Shown piece by piece: positions 12,481 to 24,825 of a stretch of 64,000 bases of DNA. The notes beneath the pieces are model-generated. The model had not been told where the DNA came from, did no database searches, and was given only the letters and a program-made list of their open reading frames with translations. Within the stretch, counting starts at the first letter, position 1. Each line of letters opens with the position of its first letter. The translations under genes were made by a program, and so were the position numbers. The stretch comes from Eledone cirrhosa (lineage: Eukaryota), in NCBI GenBank assembly GCA_964016885.1, contig OZ024740.1, forward strand, positions 284,766,001 through 284,830,000. Direction: 5' to 3'.

Positions 12481-13703
12481 GATTTCACAAAGCAGCAACA
12501 TTAAAAAGATAGATCTCAAGTGTGAGGCACAGAACAGATTCTAAAACCTCAGGAATCATTCATGTCTATCAAATTAATCTTCAAACTCAAAGTTGCATAG
12601 TAAAATTATAAAGATCTCATGGGTTGACAAAGTAAATTCTTCTAAATGACAAAACATGTTTTTGTCTGTGCATGAGTGTCATCTAATTGCTTTCATACAT
12701 ATATCATCACTATGTATTCATCTTATATATAAATGTTGGAAAACAAATAAAATTAAAGTATTTGTCATAGAATAACTATGAAAGGACATTAGAATTAAAG
12801 AGTTTATTTTATTCCTAAGAAGCCTGTTCCAACCACACATACATCAGCAAGATAAAATAAAAAAAATCAAATTCAGGTCAGGGTTCAAGTATGGCAGACA
12901 GACAATGTTATTTTAGTCACAAAGATTTTCCACTTTATTCAATGAATGTGCTTTCCATGTAAGGTCACCATATCTTTTAAGACAAGACAAAGAACTAGAT
13001 TGTCTTACAGTTAGTATCTAATATATATTTCTAAAGGTTTGTTTGTGTGTATGTCCATTTCTCCTCCCAATCTCATTTTTATGTAACAACCTTTTGTTTC
13101 TCTCCTGCTGCCTCATTTTAAACTGTGTTTTACTTCTCTTCCTATTACTCACTTTCATTTATCGTTTGCTCTCTCTCTATTAATATTCGTTTCTCTTTTA
13201 AATCTCCCATTCTTTCTCATTTCTTTTTCCTCAGATACTCTGCTGTTTTCATAAAACACACATTACCTTTGGAACATTTCAAGTCCATACATTAAAATAA
13301 GACTTATGTACATACATATGTATGTTTGTGCAGAGGAGATATATAAAATATCAAACAGTCTTGCTGAGTGAGAGGACTCTTCAGTTGCATCAGGCATGAC
13401 AACCATCTCAGTGTTGATGATCTCCATGATAAACATACTGACTACATTCAGTAAAGTAGTTGGTGATATGAAAAACATCCAGCTGTAGAAAATTTGCCAG
13501 GTAAAGGGTTTGGAGAACTCTTCTGCTATGTCAAAGACAACTTCCCTAGTGCTTGTGCTGCAATAAAATGCACTCGGTAGAGTCCGGGAACATATGTAAG
13601 TGAGATGCAGCCCACCTGAAAAGTCAGTAACTCTGCTTGAGTAATAACTTGATCTGTAACAACCAATTCAATCCAATCCATGCTAACGGAAAACAGATAT
13701 TAA

Positions 13704-13901
13704 CCCTTTAGCATTTACATTATATATACTTTTGTAATTTTTACATAATTATCTCTCATAATATCGAATCTACGAGATTTTGATAATATTTATTTTGAGA
13801 ACAATGCCTTTACATCAGTATGAGCAGCCAGTTATGGCTGGTTTCAACAGAAAAAGGTGAGAGAATTCTGGCCGGATATGACCGATTTAAATGCTAAAGG
13901 G
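13704..13901 (+). mobile_element. piggyBac-type MITE
   Basis: TTAA|CCCTTTAGCATTTA ... TAAATGCTAAAGGG|TTAA (TIRs plus TTAA target site). Several relatives in the window. Confidence 0.88.
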
Positions 13902-16223
13902 TTAAATAATGATAATGATGATAAACATTAAATGGCATACATGTATTATTATAAATTTACTTTCAATTAGTGATTCTCCTAGCTTTTTTGCTTTGTCTGT
14001 AAACACTCCGAAATCTATGAGATTGAAACTGTTCAATTTAAATTTTTGTAAAAGGGACAGTGTTCTGGAGAGTAACAACTGGGTAGAATGGTTAATGCAT
14101 GGCCTAGGGTGAATGATAGGAAAAAGAGACAAGTGAGGCCAAGAGACCAGATATAACAGATGTCTTGCTTATAAATTCCATTTTTGACATGGTTTCTTCA
14201 GCTGAATACCCTTCCAAATGCCAACCACTTTACCAAGTGTACAGTAAGCATTTTATCATAACTATGTAATACAAAGATGATTGTACTAAGTGAAAATGTA
14301 TCACATGATAGTAAAAAAACTGAGAAAATGTCAATTTTTCCATACTTGCAGGATTTTTTTCTTTTTTTTGTCTAGAGAAACTATTTTTATAGACGCTCTT
14401 CCTAATCCTAACCACTGAACTAGAAATTAAGGGTGTTCAGCTAAGTAAACAAAGAAACAACAATGCCAGTACTCAAAATAGTAATATCTACTGATCAGTG
14501 AGTGAGCTAGTAGTTTAACCTGATAACCATTGTGCTCAATTTATAAGAAAAATAGTATCTGTATTTCAAAATGCTTTAGTTCAGATACAATTTAGTATCA
14601 TCTAAAATAAAGTATCCATATATTAACTCTTAACACCCTGTACGACATGAAACCACATTAGCAAGGCATTCTTGGAAAATAAAAAGTGGCACTATGATTG
14701 CATCTGTTCATAATGATTTGTCCACAAGTGAAGATACTGTATGCATTTGAGTTAAAATTGGTTTTAGATGGTTTCTGCTAAATCATTAGAGGATCTTAAA
14801 AGAACATAGTTTTAGATTAAGATATTCTTTGATTAAGTGAAGGTAGCATGTAGCAGATAATTCAGAGGAACAGGGCTATTTGTAACAACCATAGAAAAAA
14901 ATACAAAGAAAAACCAGTACATATGTAAAACAATAATTCAAATGGCCATTTTTGGATGCAATCTAGTATGTACAACAGCAGAAGTATCCCAGATATTTAA
15001 ATAATACTCTAATTTTTCTTGAGCTTTGAAGACAGTCAACAATTGAACAGGACCTAAGTATTTGAGGAACTTGAAAAGAACACCTAGTTTGGGGGATGGT
15101 GTTTTTATTTCTTAATGAAATTTACAGCTCACAGCTATGCAAGTTTAGCTGGCCTCTTACAAGGTTTGAAGTGTTTCAATCATAGAAACCCCAAGCCTAT
15201 AATAAAAAGCAGTGTGAAATGAAGTGTCTTGCTCAAGAATATAATGTGCCACCCCGTCCACGAATCAACCTTATGATCATGAGTCCAACACCTTAACCAT
15301 TAGGCTATACACCTTCAAAACTGAGATGATGAAACTTTAGTTGAGGTTGTAATGCTAAATAGAAGTCAATATGGTCATTTAAGCCTATTAATACAAAAAC
15401 TACAGAAAACAAATATTTTGAATCACTAATACTGTTCACTGAGGATTTCATTAAGAAATGTATTACAAATGAACTTAAATTTACATACATCCAAAATCCT
15501 ACAGCTCACATGAATTCAGTGAGTGACTTGTACACAAAACTGAAGTCAGTATTAATACTGCTATATTTGATTGAAACAATCATACAGCCTTTCTTATACA
15601 ATTACAACCTCAACCAAAACCTATATAGTTGCTGCTTGCCAATGTAGTAATAAAACTGACTAAAAATCAATCCTAACTTATTAAGAAAGCATCTCCAATA
15701 TAAAAAGAGTAGGACATAAATGCTAACCTAAGCTCATCCTACATCAACAAGCCAAATAAATATATCTGCAGAATCTGTAATTATACAATTAAATAGTGGT
15801 AGCAATGCAATATGCAAACTGATTTATAAATGATCAGCAGACAAAGACACTATTGTCATTGAACTTTCCAAACACTACCAAAATAATATATTTTTTTTTA
15901 CAGCTGACACCTAGCCTCCATTTTTTTCCAGTGACAGGAAGCAGGATTTGAACTCAGAATACACAAAGCTGAAATAGATACTCAAAGGCACCCAATGCTA
16001 ATCTACTGCCCTGGAATATTGCATTATTTATTGACCTTGAAAGGTTGAAAGGTAAAGTTGACCTCAGTGGGATTTAAACAGAGTGCAGAGAAGTGGAAAA
16101 AATACTGCAAGGCACTTAATCCACACAATCCACATTAATTTGCTGCCTATTATAAGGTGGCTTATTGCAATAAATCTCCACTTCTGGTAGTGTAAGATCA
16201 TGTACAGCATCTAACAGAATTCA

Positions 16224-16556
16224 CTTAGTGGTTAGAGCATTAGCCTTGCAATCGAAAGGTTGCGAGTTCAATTCTCAGACCGGGTGATGTGTTGTTTCCT
16301 TGAGCAAGACACTTTATTTCACATTGCTCCAGTTTACTCAGCTGTAGAAATGAGATGATAGGGACTGGGGTCCATATCATTCCACTGCAAAGTGGTCGTG
16401 GAGGTGCCACAGCAATAAAGCACCCAGTACTCACTGTAAATGAGGTTGGTGTTAGGAAGGGCATCCAGCTGTAGAAATCAAGCCAGAATCAGTTCCCGTC
16501 CCACCCTTGCAAGCAGGGAAAAGCGGACGTAAAATGATGATGAAATGATGAAATGA
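16224..16556 (+). mobile_element. Young tRNA-CORE SINE with RTE-derived tail
   Basis: A/B boxes, CCTTGAGCAAGACACTT core, and a tail shared with RTE LINEs. Near-identical to the copies at 20747, 22141 and 63644. Confidence 0.92.
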
Positions 16557-17105
16557 AATATGGCATTGAAAATGTTCACAACTATAGCTACTGAATTATT
16601 TCTAAAGCATGTATTGTATAGGACTACATTGATCTAATTTTCACTGTGTCAGATCTTTAAATAACTATGAGCATGCCAGCAATCAACATCATTATGAATG
16701 TAATTACTAATACTATTAAGGATCAAGAGGATTCTTAATGTTAATGACACAATAAAACATACCCAGTACACTCTGTGGAGTGATTGGTAATAGTTAAGGC
16801 ACTCAGCTATAGAAAATATGCCAAACAAAGGGTTAAGAGGGCTCCTTAATTGTGTCAATGACATGTTGATATCCCTAGAGCTGGTGCTATAATAAAATGC
16901 ACAGTGCGTGCTGTAAAGTGCAGGAACATATATAAGTGAGATGCTTACATAATTTTCAAAACTAGGTAGATTTATGAGGTAAATATTCACAGCTAAAAGT
17001 TTAGATGATTAAATCAGGTATCAAAGAAACATTTGGCCAATTATACTAGGATAATCATTAAAAATAAAAAAATGATTGTGTGTATGCGGGCAGTTTAAAC
17101 AACTA

Positions 17106-17262
17106 CAGGTAAAATTCCATTACAACGAATACCATTATAACAAATTTTTCAGTATAACGGAAATTTTTTCACTCACTGGCCACAACGCTCGATGTGTTAG
17201 ATCAATCTCGTTATAAAGAATTTTTCATTACAACAAATTTTTCTTGTAACGGAATTTCACTG
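17106..17262 (+). mobile_element. Tc1/mariner (pogo/Tigger-like) MITE
   Basis: TA|CAGGTAAAATTCCATTACAA ... TTGTAACGGAATTTCACTG|TA. Inverted relative at 19740-19935. Confidence 0.8.
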
Positions 17263-17759
17263 TATAAAGTAAGAGGGTCATAAAACAGTTCATGATCAAA
17301 ACATTAGAAAAGGTATCAGAAAAACCTCCAAACTTAAAAACATACAATATTTATTAAAAACCAGATGTCATGAATGTATGCATATACATTTGAAATTGTA
17401 TGCTAACACTGCAATCCAAAAGGATGCAATTTGTCAAATAGAGCCTAATAAATATATTTAAGAGGAAAAACAGCAAGAAAGATTATCATAAATTTGTAGC
17501 TGAAGCTATCATTTCAATTGTAAGATTAATCCGAGACAATAGCTCAAGTCTAATGTCAACTTGCAGTTGGCAGTCACTATAAGACCTCATACAAGGTTAT
17601 TGGTTTACTGAATCTGACAAGAAAAACATTAACATATTTGACTTAATAACCAATCAAAAGGGTTTAGTTACAAACAACATAAAATGAGTAATGTTTATTT
17701 GAATGCATTTTACACTACTATTACAACAAAGAGTGTTCAAGTTGATACAATCAAAGACC

Positions 17760-17990
17760 AAGCATTCCACAGACATGTATACCCATAATATAGTTCTCAG
17801 GGAGATTCAGCATGATACAGAATGTGACATGGTCGGCCCAACAAATTATGGGTACAACTCATTTTTGCCAGCTGAGTGGACTGGAACAAAATGAAATAAA
17901 TGTCTTGCTCAAAGACACAACGCTCCAAGAATCAAACCCACAACCTTATGATTATGAACCAAATATCCTAACTACTAAGCCATGCGACTT
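17760..17990 (-). mobile_element. Decayed tRNA-CORE SINE
   Basis: Reverse-complement head (CTAACTACTAAGCCATGCG) and core (TGTCTTGCTCAAAG). Head-to-head with the next SINE. Confidence 0.7.
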
Positions 17991-17996
17991 CACTTG

Positions 17997-18332
17997 TGAA
18001 CATGCATTGCTTAGAAGTTAGAGAGTTGGATTTAACAATCGTGAGGTTGTGAGTTTGATTTCTGGACCAGGTGATCCATTGTGTCCTTGAGCAATACACT
18101 TTATTTCACATTGCCCCAGTTCACTCAGCTGTAGAAATGAGTTGTGATGTCACAGGTGCCAAGCTGTATTGGCCTTTGCCTTTCCTTTGGACAATATTGG
18201 CGGCATAGAGAAGGGAGACTGGTATGTATGGTCTTCCACAAAAACACCTTACCCAGGCTTGTGCCTCTGAGGGAAACTTTCTAGATGTAAATCCCATGGT
18301 CATTTGTAACCGAAGGGGTTTTTTACCCTTTT
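17997..18332 (+). mobile_element. tRNA-CORE SINE with alternative 3' tail
   Basis: Same head and core as the 16224 copy, but the tail is GGTGCCAAGCTGTATTGGCC...CCCATGGTCATT...CGAAGGGG. Reverse copy at 46435-46718. Confidence 0.8.
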
Positions 18333-19739
18333 TTACAACCAATATCTCGAAAATATATAGATGTGTGTGAACATAATTATATTACATTTTGCTTCCTGTC
18401 CAACTGATTTGCTGTTTAACATACATACTGAAATAGCTCACTACAAAAAAAAAAAATAGGTAAAATTCAGGAAAAAATTTAGCCTTTCTAGCTTCAATTG
18501 TTACTGAAATAACAAAGCAGACATTCAGGCTATCATAGAAACAAACATGATTAAAGAAATGATACACAATTTTTTTGTGATTGGATATGTGGGATGTAGG
18601 CATGATAATGGTACAAAACAAGGAAGTTAGCTAATACCCCTGAATATAACAAGGACTTGAAATATTTGGGAATTTTTGTATACTTTCTTTGTTTTACAAT
18701 TCTCTCACATGTGTTGCAAGGAATTTTGTTTAAGAAGGCTACATTGCTAAATTCATTATCAATTTCAAAATTCCCTTTTAAAAATAAGTTAAGATAAACA
18801 AGATACAAATCAAACTAATTTAGAAATGGGTTAATTAAATTTTCATAAAGTCTCTCATGGTAGAAGTAAAGTGTGCATTAAAAAGCTAGCAATCCTTGTA
18901 TGAAGAAGCACTAAAACTAGCTTAAGTGAAAAAGCATCAGTAAATGTTAATGTGTGTACGTGTGCATGTATAATGATGTAAACAAGTCAAATTCAATAAA
19001 AATAGCTCAAAGTTATAAACCAAAGAATGAGACAAAATAAGAATATTAATAATCAAATCAAAAAAAATAGGTAATGAAACTGTTTTGAAAGATATAACTA
19101 TCAAATACAATCACATTAGAATATAAGGAAAGTGCTCCCTTAAACATCAACAGTAATAAAAATAAAGTAAATATGATGCAAACATTACAGCAGCATCTAA
19201 ACAATAATTATTGGAAGCACATGACAGAATTCTGAGACTACCAACTGCATAAACCAAAAAATTCCATGTAAGAAACATTAAACCTCTCCAATAAATAAGC
19301 AGTACTTTATAAGTAGAAATATTACTGCTTAGTTGTCCCCACCCCTATAAAACACTATGGAGCTTCTGTGATTACTTAATGTGCTAGAAACTGAAACCAA
19401 ATTTGTCTTAAATTACACTAACATCATCTTTAAAAAATTTTTTTTTTATATTGTATTAGATACCCCTAAAAAGACACGATAGTCACTACTAAAATGTTAA
19501 GTCATACGATAAAGATTGATTAAATAACTATGGATAAGATTTTGTTTTTAATTGCTAACACTGAAAAATCAGAGCATTCTAAATCTTTTGCTATGTTTTC
19601 AGGAAGTCTAGATAATATACTCCAAATAAGAATTTCTTGATTTGTTGTATGTAATACAATCAGTTATTGCACTTCAGGAAGTTAAAAAATGCCTCGCTTT
19701 AAGGACAATATAAAAACAAAAATGAATGAGTTATTAATA

Positions 19740-19935
19740 CAGTGAAATTCTGTTATAGTGAAATTCTGTTATAGTGAAATTCATTCATGGAATATAAAAT
19801 AAAATTTATTGTAACGAAAAATTCTTTACAACGAGATCGTCCTAACACATCGAGCGTGTGGTCAAGGATTGGAAAAACTTTTGTTATACTGAAAAATTTG
19901 TTATAATGGTATTTATTATAACGGCATTTTACCTG
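19740..19935 (-). mobile_element. Tc1/mariner-type MITE (same family as 17106-17262)
   Basis: TA|CAGTGAAATTCTGTTA ... TAACGGCATTTTACCTG|TA, with a tandem 16-bp subterminal repeat. Confidence 0.8.
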
Positions 19936-20746
19936 TAACATGTAAAATTGTAACCATTGAAAAACAAAATGGAGCATCTTCTAATAAGAACAGAGAAATC
20001 AATTAAATTAATAACTAAAAAAAAATAGGTTTAAAAACTTGAAGGAATCTTAAAGGAGATAAAATTTATGAGTTTTGCAAGCTAAATATCAGAAAACTAG
20101 TAATTTGAACTGGGAAATTATAACCAAGGTTATAAAGCTAGGATAAAAGAATATTCATTGCCGTTTCTATTTAAACCTTTTAGTTCTATCTCACTAATGT
20201 CTTTAAAGTAAAGCAATCATAAACCCTTAAAATGGAGCCAAGTAACAAAGTTGAGAGTAAGGCAAAAAGACTGGAAATTTAATACTGCTTAAACAATGTA
20301 TGTAACCAATGAGTACACAAGATGTAGAGTGGTATTCCTGGCAAGCTGACAACACTTTTCAAATGTAGGAACAGCTTTGCAAGCTGGATTACACATGCAA
20401 ACAGCATGGAGTTACAAGAAGTAATAAATAAATTCTTTTACCAGAGGGACATAATCAGTTAGTATAGAACTAGATAGAGCTGAATAATTTAAGTGACAAA
20501 ATTTAGAAATAAGCTAGTAACCATAGACACAATCACATAACCTGCTAGATATAGCAGATCAATATCCCTCAAATACAATCTACCATTTTAAAAAAGGGAA
20601 AGACATTAAGTAATGTAGTCCTAGATATCCCTAAAAAAGTCAAGATGGCCACAGCAAGAAAGCTTTTGATCCTAGGCTTGCTAAATCAAGATTGGCCTAC
20701 AGCTAAGCAAATTGAAGAGATGAGATCAAAAATATATACATATACA

Positions 20747-21110
20747 GGCGCATGGCTTAGTGGAGGCACATGGCTTAGTGGTTAGAGCATTGGCCTTGCA
20801 ATCGAAAGGTTGTGAGTTCAATTCTCAGACCGGGTGATGGGTTGTTTCCTTGAGCAAGACACTTTATTTCACGTTGCTCCAGTTTACTCAGCTGTAGAAA
20901 TGAGATGATAAGGACTGGGATCCCTATCATTCCACTGTAAAGTGGTCGTGGAGGTGCCACGACAAAAATGCACCCAGCACTCACTGTAAATGAGGTTGGT
21001 GTTAGGAAGGGCATCCAGCTGTAGAAATCAAGCCAGAATCAGTTCCCGTCCCACCCTTGTAAGCAGGGAAAAGTGGACGTAAAATGAAATGATGAAAATG
21101 ATGAAATGAT
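20747..21110 (+). mobile_element. Young tRNA-CORE SINE with a duplicated 5' head
   Basis: GGCGCATGGCTTAGTGG-A-GGCACATGGCTTAGTGG, then the full body and tail. Confidence 0.92.
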
Positions 21111-22140
21111 ACACTACTAGCAGGATTCAGTATACTTTGGATAAATGGTTATAAAATATGGTGAGAATCTAGTTCATCTGGGAATATTGATTCACTCGAG
21201 CTTTACATTCAAACCATCCAGAAAATTATGCAAATTGAGCTTCATAAAAATGCACCAAAAAACATTTGTCTTTCATAAAATATTGTACTAGTTTATATAA
21301 TTAGTTTAAATAAATTATTCTAATCAGTAATGTTTGCCAATGTCAATCGCAGTGCTTGGAGATAATGCCATATTTAGTTTTTTAGTCTATAGCTAAAAAG
21401 AAAAAATTTGAGAAAAAGTCACATAGCCTATGTGACTTAAAAAGATGTGCCCAATGCAAAATTTCAGCCACCTAAGAGCAAAACTTTGAACCACAACATG
21501 GAACATACAGATATTTAATTTTACATATCAAGATGACATTATGACTGAAGCCATATAAAATGGCAGCCTAAAAAAGTATAATCAATACTTAGAAAAAAGA
21601 AAAAGATGAGTGGAGAAAAGAACAATTTAATTCATGCCTATTATAAATTAAGACACTGGAATCAATGGATTTAGTACTTAACACTAGACTTAATACGATA
21701 AAATAAAGAGAATTTAATAGTGAATGCATACAATAACTTATAAGCAAATGATAAAGGTAATTTCTATCAGGAAAAGCTAACTTCAGCCGGAAATCTTGTC
21801 TGCAGCAGATAATGTTTCTCAGATGACAGAGCTTTAAAAATATATATATATTATATATTTTAAATAAGGTATTTCATTATTCATCACATTATTTACAAAT
21901 ATTTCCTTTCTTATAGGAAATTATTCGTAACAATGAAAAAAGATTATCAATTTTTAAAAACCTATGTTCCTGCAAGATATCAAATTACACTTGTATCATT
22001 ATTTTAGTCAATAATGAACATGATGTTTAAAGTCCTCCAACAAAATTGATAACTGATGTAATAGGAAACTAACAGGATGAAAAATAAATAAGTGGTTTAC
22101 TTTAATTTTTCATGATAGCTTTGCTCAGTCCTTGTCAAAT

Positions 22141-22477
22141 CATCATCATTTCATTTTACGTCCGCTTTTTCCCTGCTTGCAAGGGTGGGACGGGAACTGA
22201 TTCTGGCTTGATTTCTACAGCTGGATGCCCTTCCTAACACCAACCTCATTTACAGTGAGTGCTGGGTGCTTTTTTGCCGTGGCACCTCCACGACCACTTT
22301 GCAGTGGAATGATAGGGACCGCAGTACCTATCATCTCATTTCTACAGCTGAGTAAACTGGAGCAATGTGAAATAAAGTGTCTTGCTCAAGGAAACAACAC
22401 ATCACCCGGTCTGAGAATTGAACTCACAACCTTTCGATTGCAAGGCCAATGCTCTAACCACTAAGCCATGTGCCTCC
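22141..22477 (-). mobile_element. Young tRNA-CORE SINE (full length)
   Basis: Reverse complement of 20765-21110. Confidence 0.92.
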
Positions 22478-22819
22478 AAAGATGTATTTGCTGATCTCAT
22501 CAACAAGCATTGTTTTGTTTATTACATCTAAAGTAACTTGCACTAGCAGAATTTCATATGTACATGTGTATGTGAAGATGCATGGGTCTGTGCACACAAT
22601 TTCTTTGCTGTTTTTTTTTTTTTTATTTCAACCAGCATTGATGATTTTGCCAAGCTAATGCCATTATCAGTGAAACAATTTTGTTATTCGTTAGTTTCTC
22701 GAAATGAAACATTTGCTCAATTTGCAGAACATATACAAGGATGGGAACAAATAGGAAAAGATCTCTCACTATTCTTCTTTCTCTTTATTCTTTATGTATG
22801 TGTGTGCGCGCGCGTGTTA

Positions 22820-23066
22820 GTGCCATGACACAAAGCACCCAGTCTACACTGTAAAGTGGTTGTTTTGGTGTCACAATAAAAAGCACCTAGTATACACTGT
22901 AATTGTGGTTGGCATTAGAAAGTGAATCCAGCAGTAGAAACTAAGCCAGAAACTGTTCTGTGTGAGCAAGACTCAGTCATCTGATCGGACTTGCCTTAAA
23001 ACAAGACAACCTGTCTAATCCATGCTAGCATGGAAAATGGACATTAAACGGTGATGATGATGATGG
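22820..23066 (+). mobile_element. RTE 3'UTR-derived fragment
   Basis: CACTGTAA..TGGTTGG..TTAG...CCATGCTAGCATGGAAA..GGAC..(GAT)n. Confidence 0.75.
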
Positions 23067-23896
23067 TACTCACTCAACGAACCTATCTCTAATAACAATT
23101 ATCTAAAAATGAAATTGAAGGCAAAGTTAGCTTTTTTTTTCATATTTTCTTTGTTATCGTGTCTTTTTTTATATAATTATTATTTTTTTTTAATGTTGGT
23201 TTGAGAGGGCTGCCAAATATTAGTTTTCTAATTGGACATTATTTGATTTCAAGAAGAAATTCATTGCTTTTAGTGTCTTTAGTATATGATTTATAGAATG
23301 TAACTTTAAATCAAATTGATTTATTGATAAATGTATTATGAATTAGATTTGTCTTTAAACTCTATTGTTTAAAACAATACCAATTAGAAGATAGCAAGCA
23401 CTGGTGTCATTAAGAATGTTTGTTTTGTTAATGCAAGTTATTTAACACAACCTGGATAAGAAAAACATTTGCCTATTTCAAATTTCTGATGCATAACAGA
23501 ACTTCCTGAAATATGTTGTCTAATTTATAATAGCATCTTCAAGCATGTATCTTGAAGGTATCTAACTTCACTGCAACCATGCCAATACACTGCCTTCAAA
23601 TGTTTTAGCAGATATAATCCTCAGTATTTTGTGTGTAACTTATTTTATTAACCATGGTGAAAGAAAGGAAGAATCAACTAGGTTTAAATAGATGTAACCA
23701 GAACATCACCAAATACCAAAAGATATTTTGGTTTGACACACTGATTCTGCTATCCACCACCAATATACCCGTCAGGCTTCTGCAATTTTTGACCACTGAA
23801 TTTCACTCACAAGGTTTATGGTAGAATTGCCATACAATGTGATTGAGCCCTGAACCACAAGACTTCACAATAAATTTCTTAACCAGAGTTATATAC

Positions 23897-23958
<62 letters not shown>
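23897..23958. repeat. (TA)n(CA)n microsatellite
   Basis: Seen directly in the sequence. Confidence 0.95.
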
Positions 23959-23959
<1 letters not shown>

Positions 23960-24643
23960 ATAAAAAAAACCTAAGAAATAAAATAATTCAGAACAACTTT
24001 TACTATGTAATTTAAAACCTGAAAGACAAAGTCATTGTAACCCTGCTTCTAGACAAATAATTCAAAACAGGTGCCATTCCTGATTCATGATTGAGTGGTT
24101 AAGAACAGGAACAACATCTATATAAGAAAAAAAAGAAAAAGTTACCCTAACAATTTCTATGAAATATCCAAATTTAAAGAAATACCTCCATAATCATTGT
24201 AGAATTAAAAAAATTAATGCAAAATAATTAATGAAAACAGGAGGGGGGTACAGAGTAAAGATGCTCATGTAAGAAATATGTAAATTTTAGGAATGATTCA
24301 TTAAGATTTGTTTCCATACACAGATTAAATGGCATAATACTCTTCCCGAGGTCATACTTCAAAAATAAAATGCCAAATCTGTTTTATAGCATGATTGGTT
24401 TTATTATAACATTTTAAGATAACAAAATTTCTAGTTTACTATTCTTCAATTTAACCCATGTGCATTCCATTTTTCTATAATTCATTTCTACATTATAAAG
24501 ACAGTTTACACTATTAAAATTAGCATGATCAACTTTATTAAAAACAACTGCTGCTTATTATTTATGATGCTAATGCCAACTAAGTTGTGATCATCATTAA
24601 AATCATTCACAACAATAAACAAACAGGCTTAATAACTGCTTAA

Positions 24644-24825
24644 CCCCTTTTGTAACCATAATTTTTGTGAAATACATACACTATTTCATAGGAATTTTGA
24701 GAGATTTAATAATACTAATTATTACATGACTAAGTAACTTAACATATGGTTCTTATAACAAAAATGTTGGAAGATTTAAATCTAAATATGAATCTTTTAA
24801 AATAGCTGAATTGGTAGCAAAGGGG
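24644..24825 (+). mobile_element. piggyBac-type MITE (second family)
   Basis: TTAA|CCCCTTTTGTAACC ... GGTAGCAAAGGGG|TTAA. Confidence 0.65.

Noticed and set aside
20765-20840. tRNA genes at the A/B-box sequences (also 9496, 16224, 22400, 63644)
   Set aside because: No acceptor-stem closure, and each continues into a SINE core and tail.
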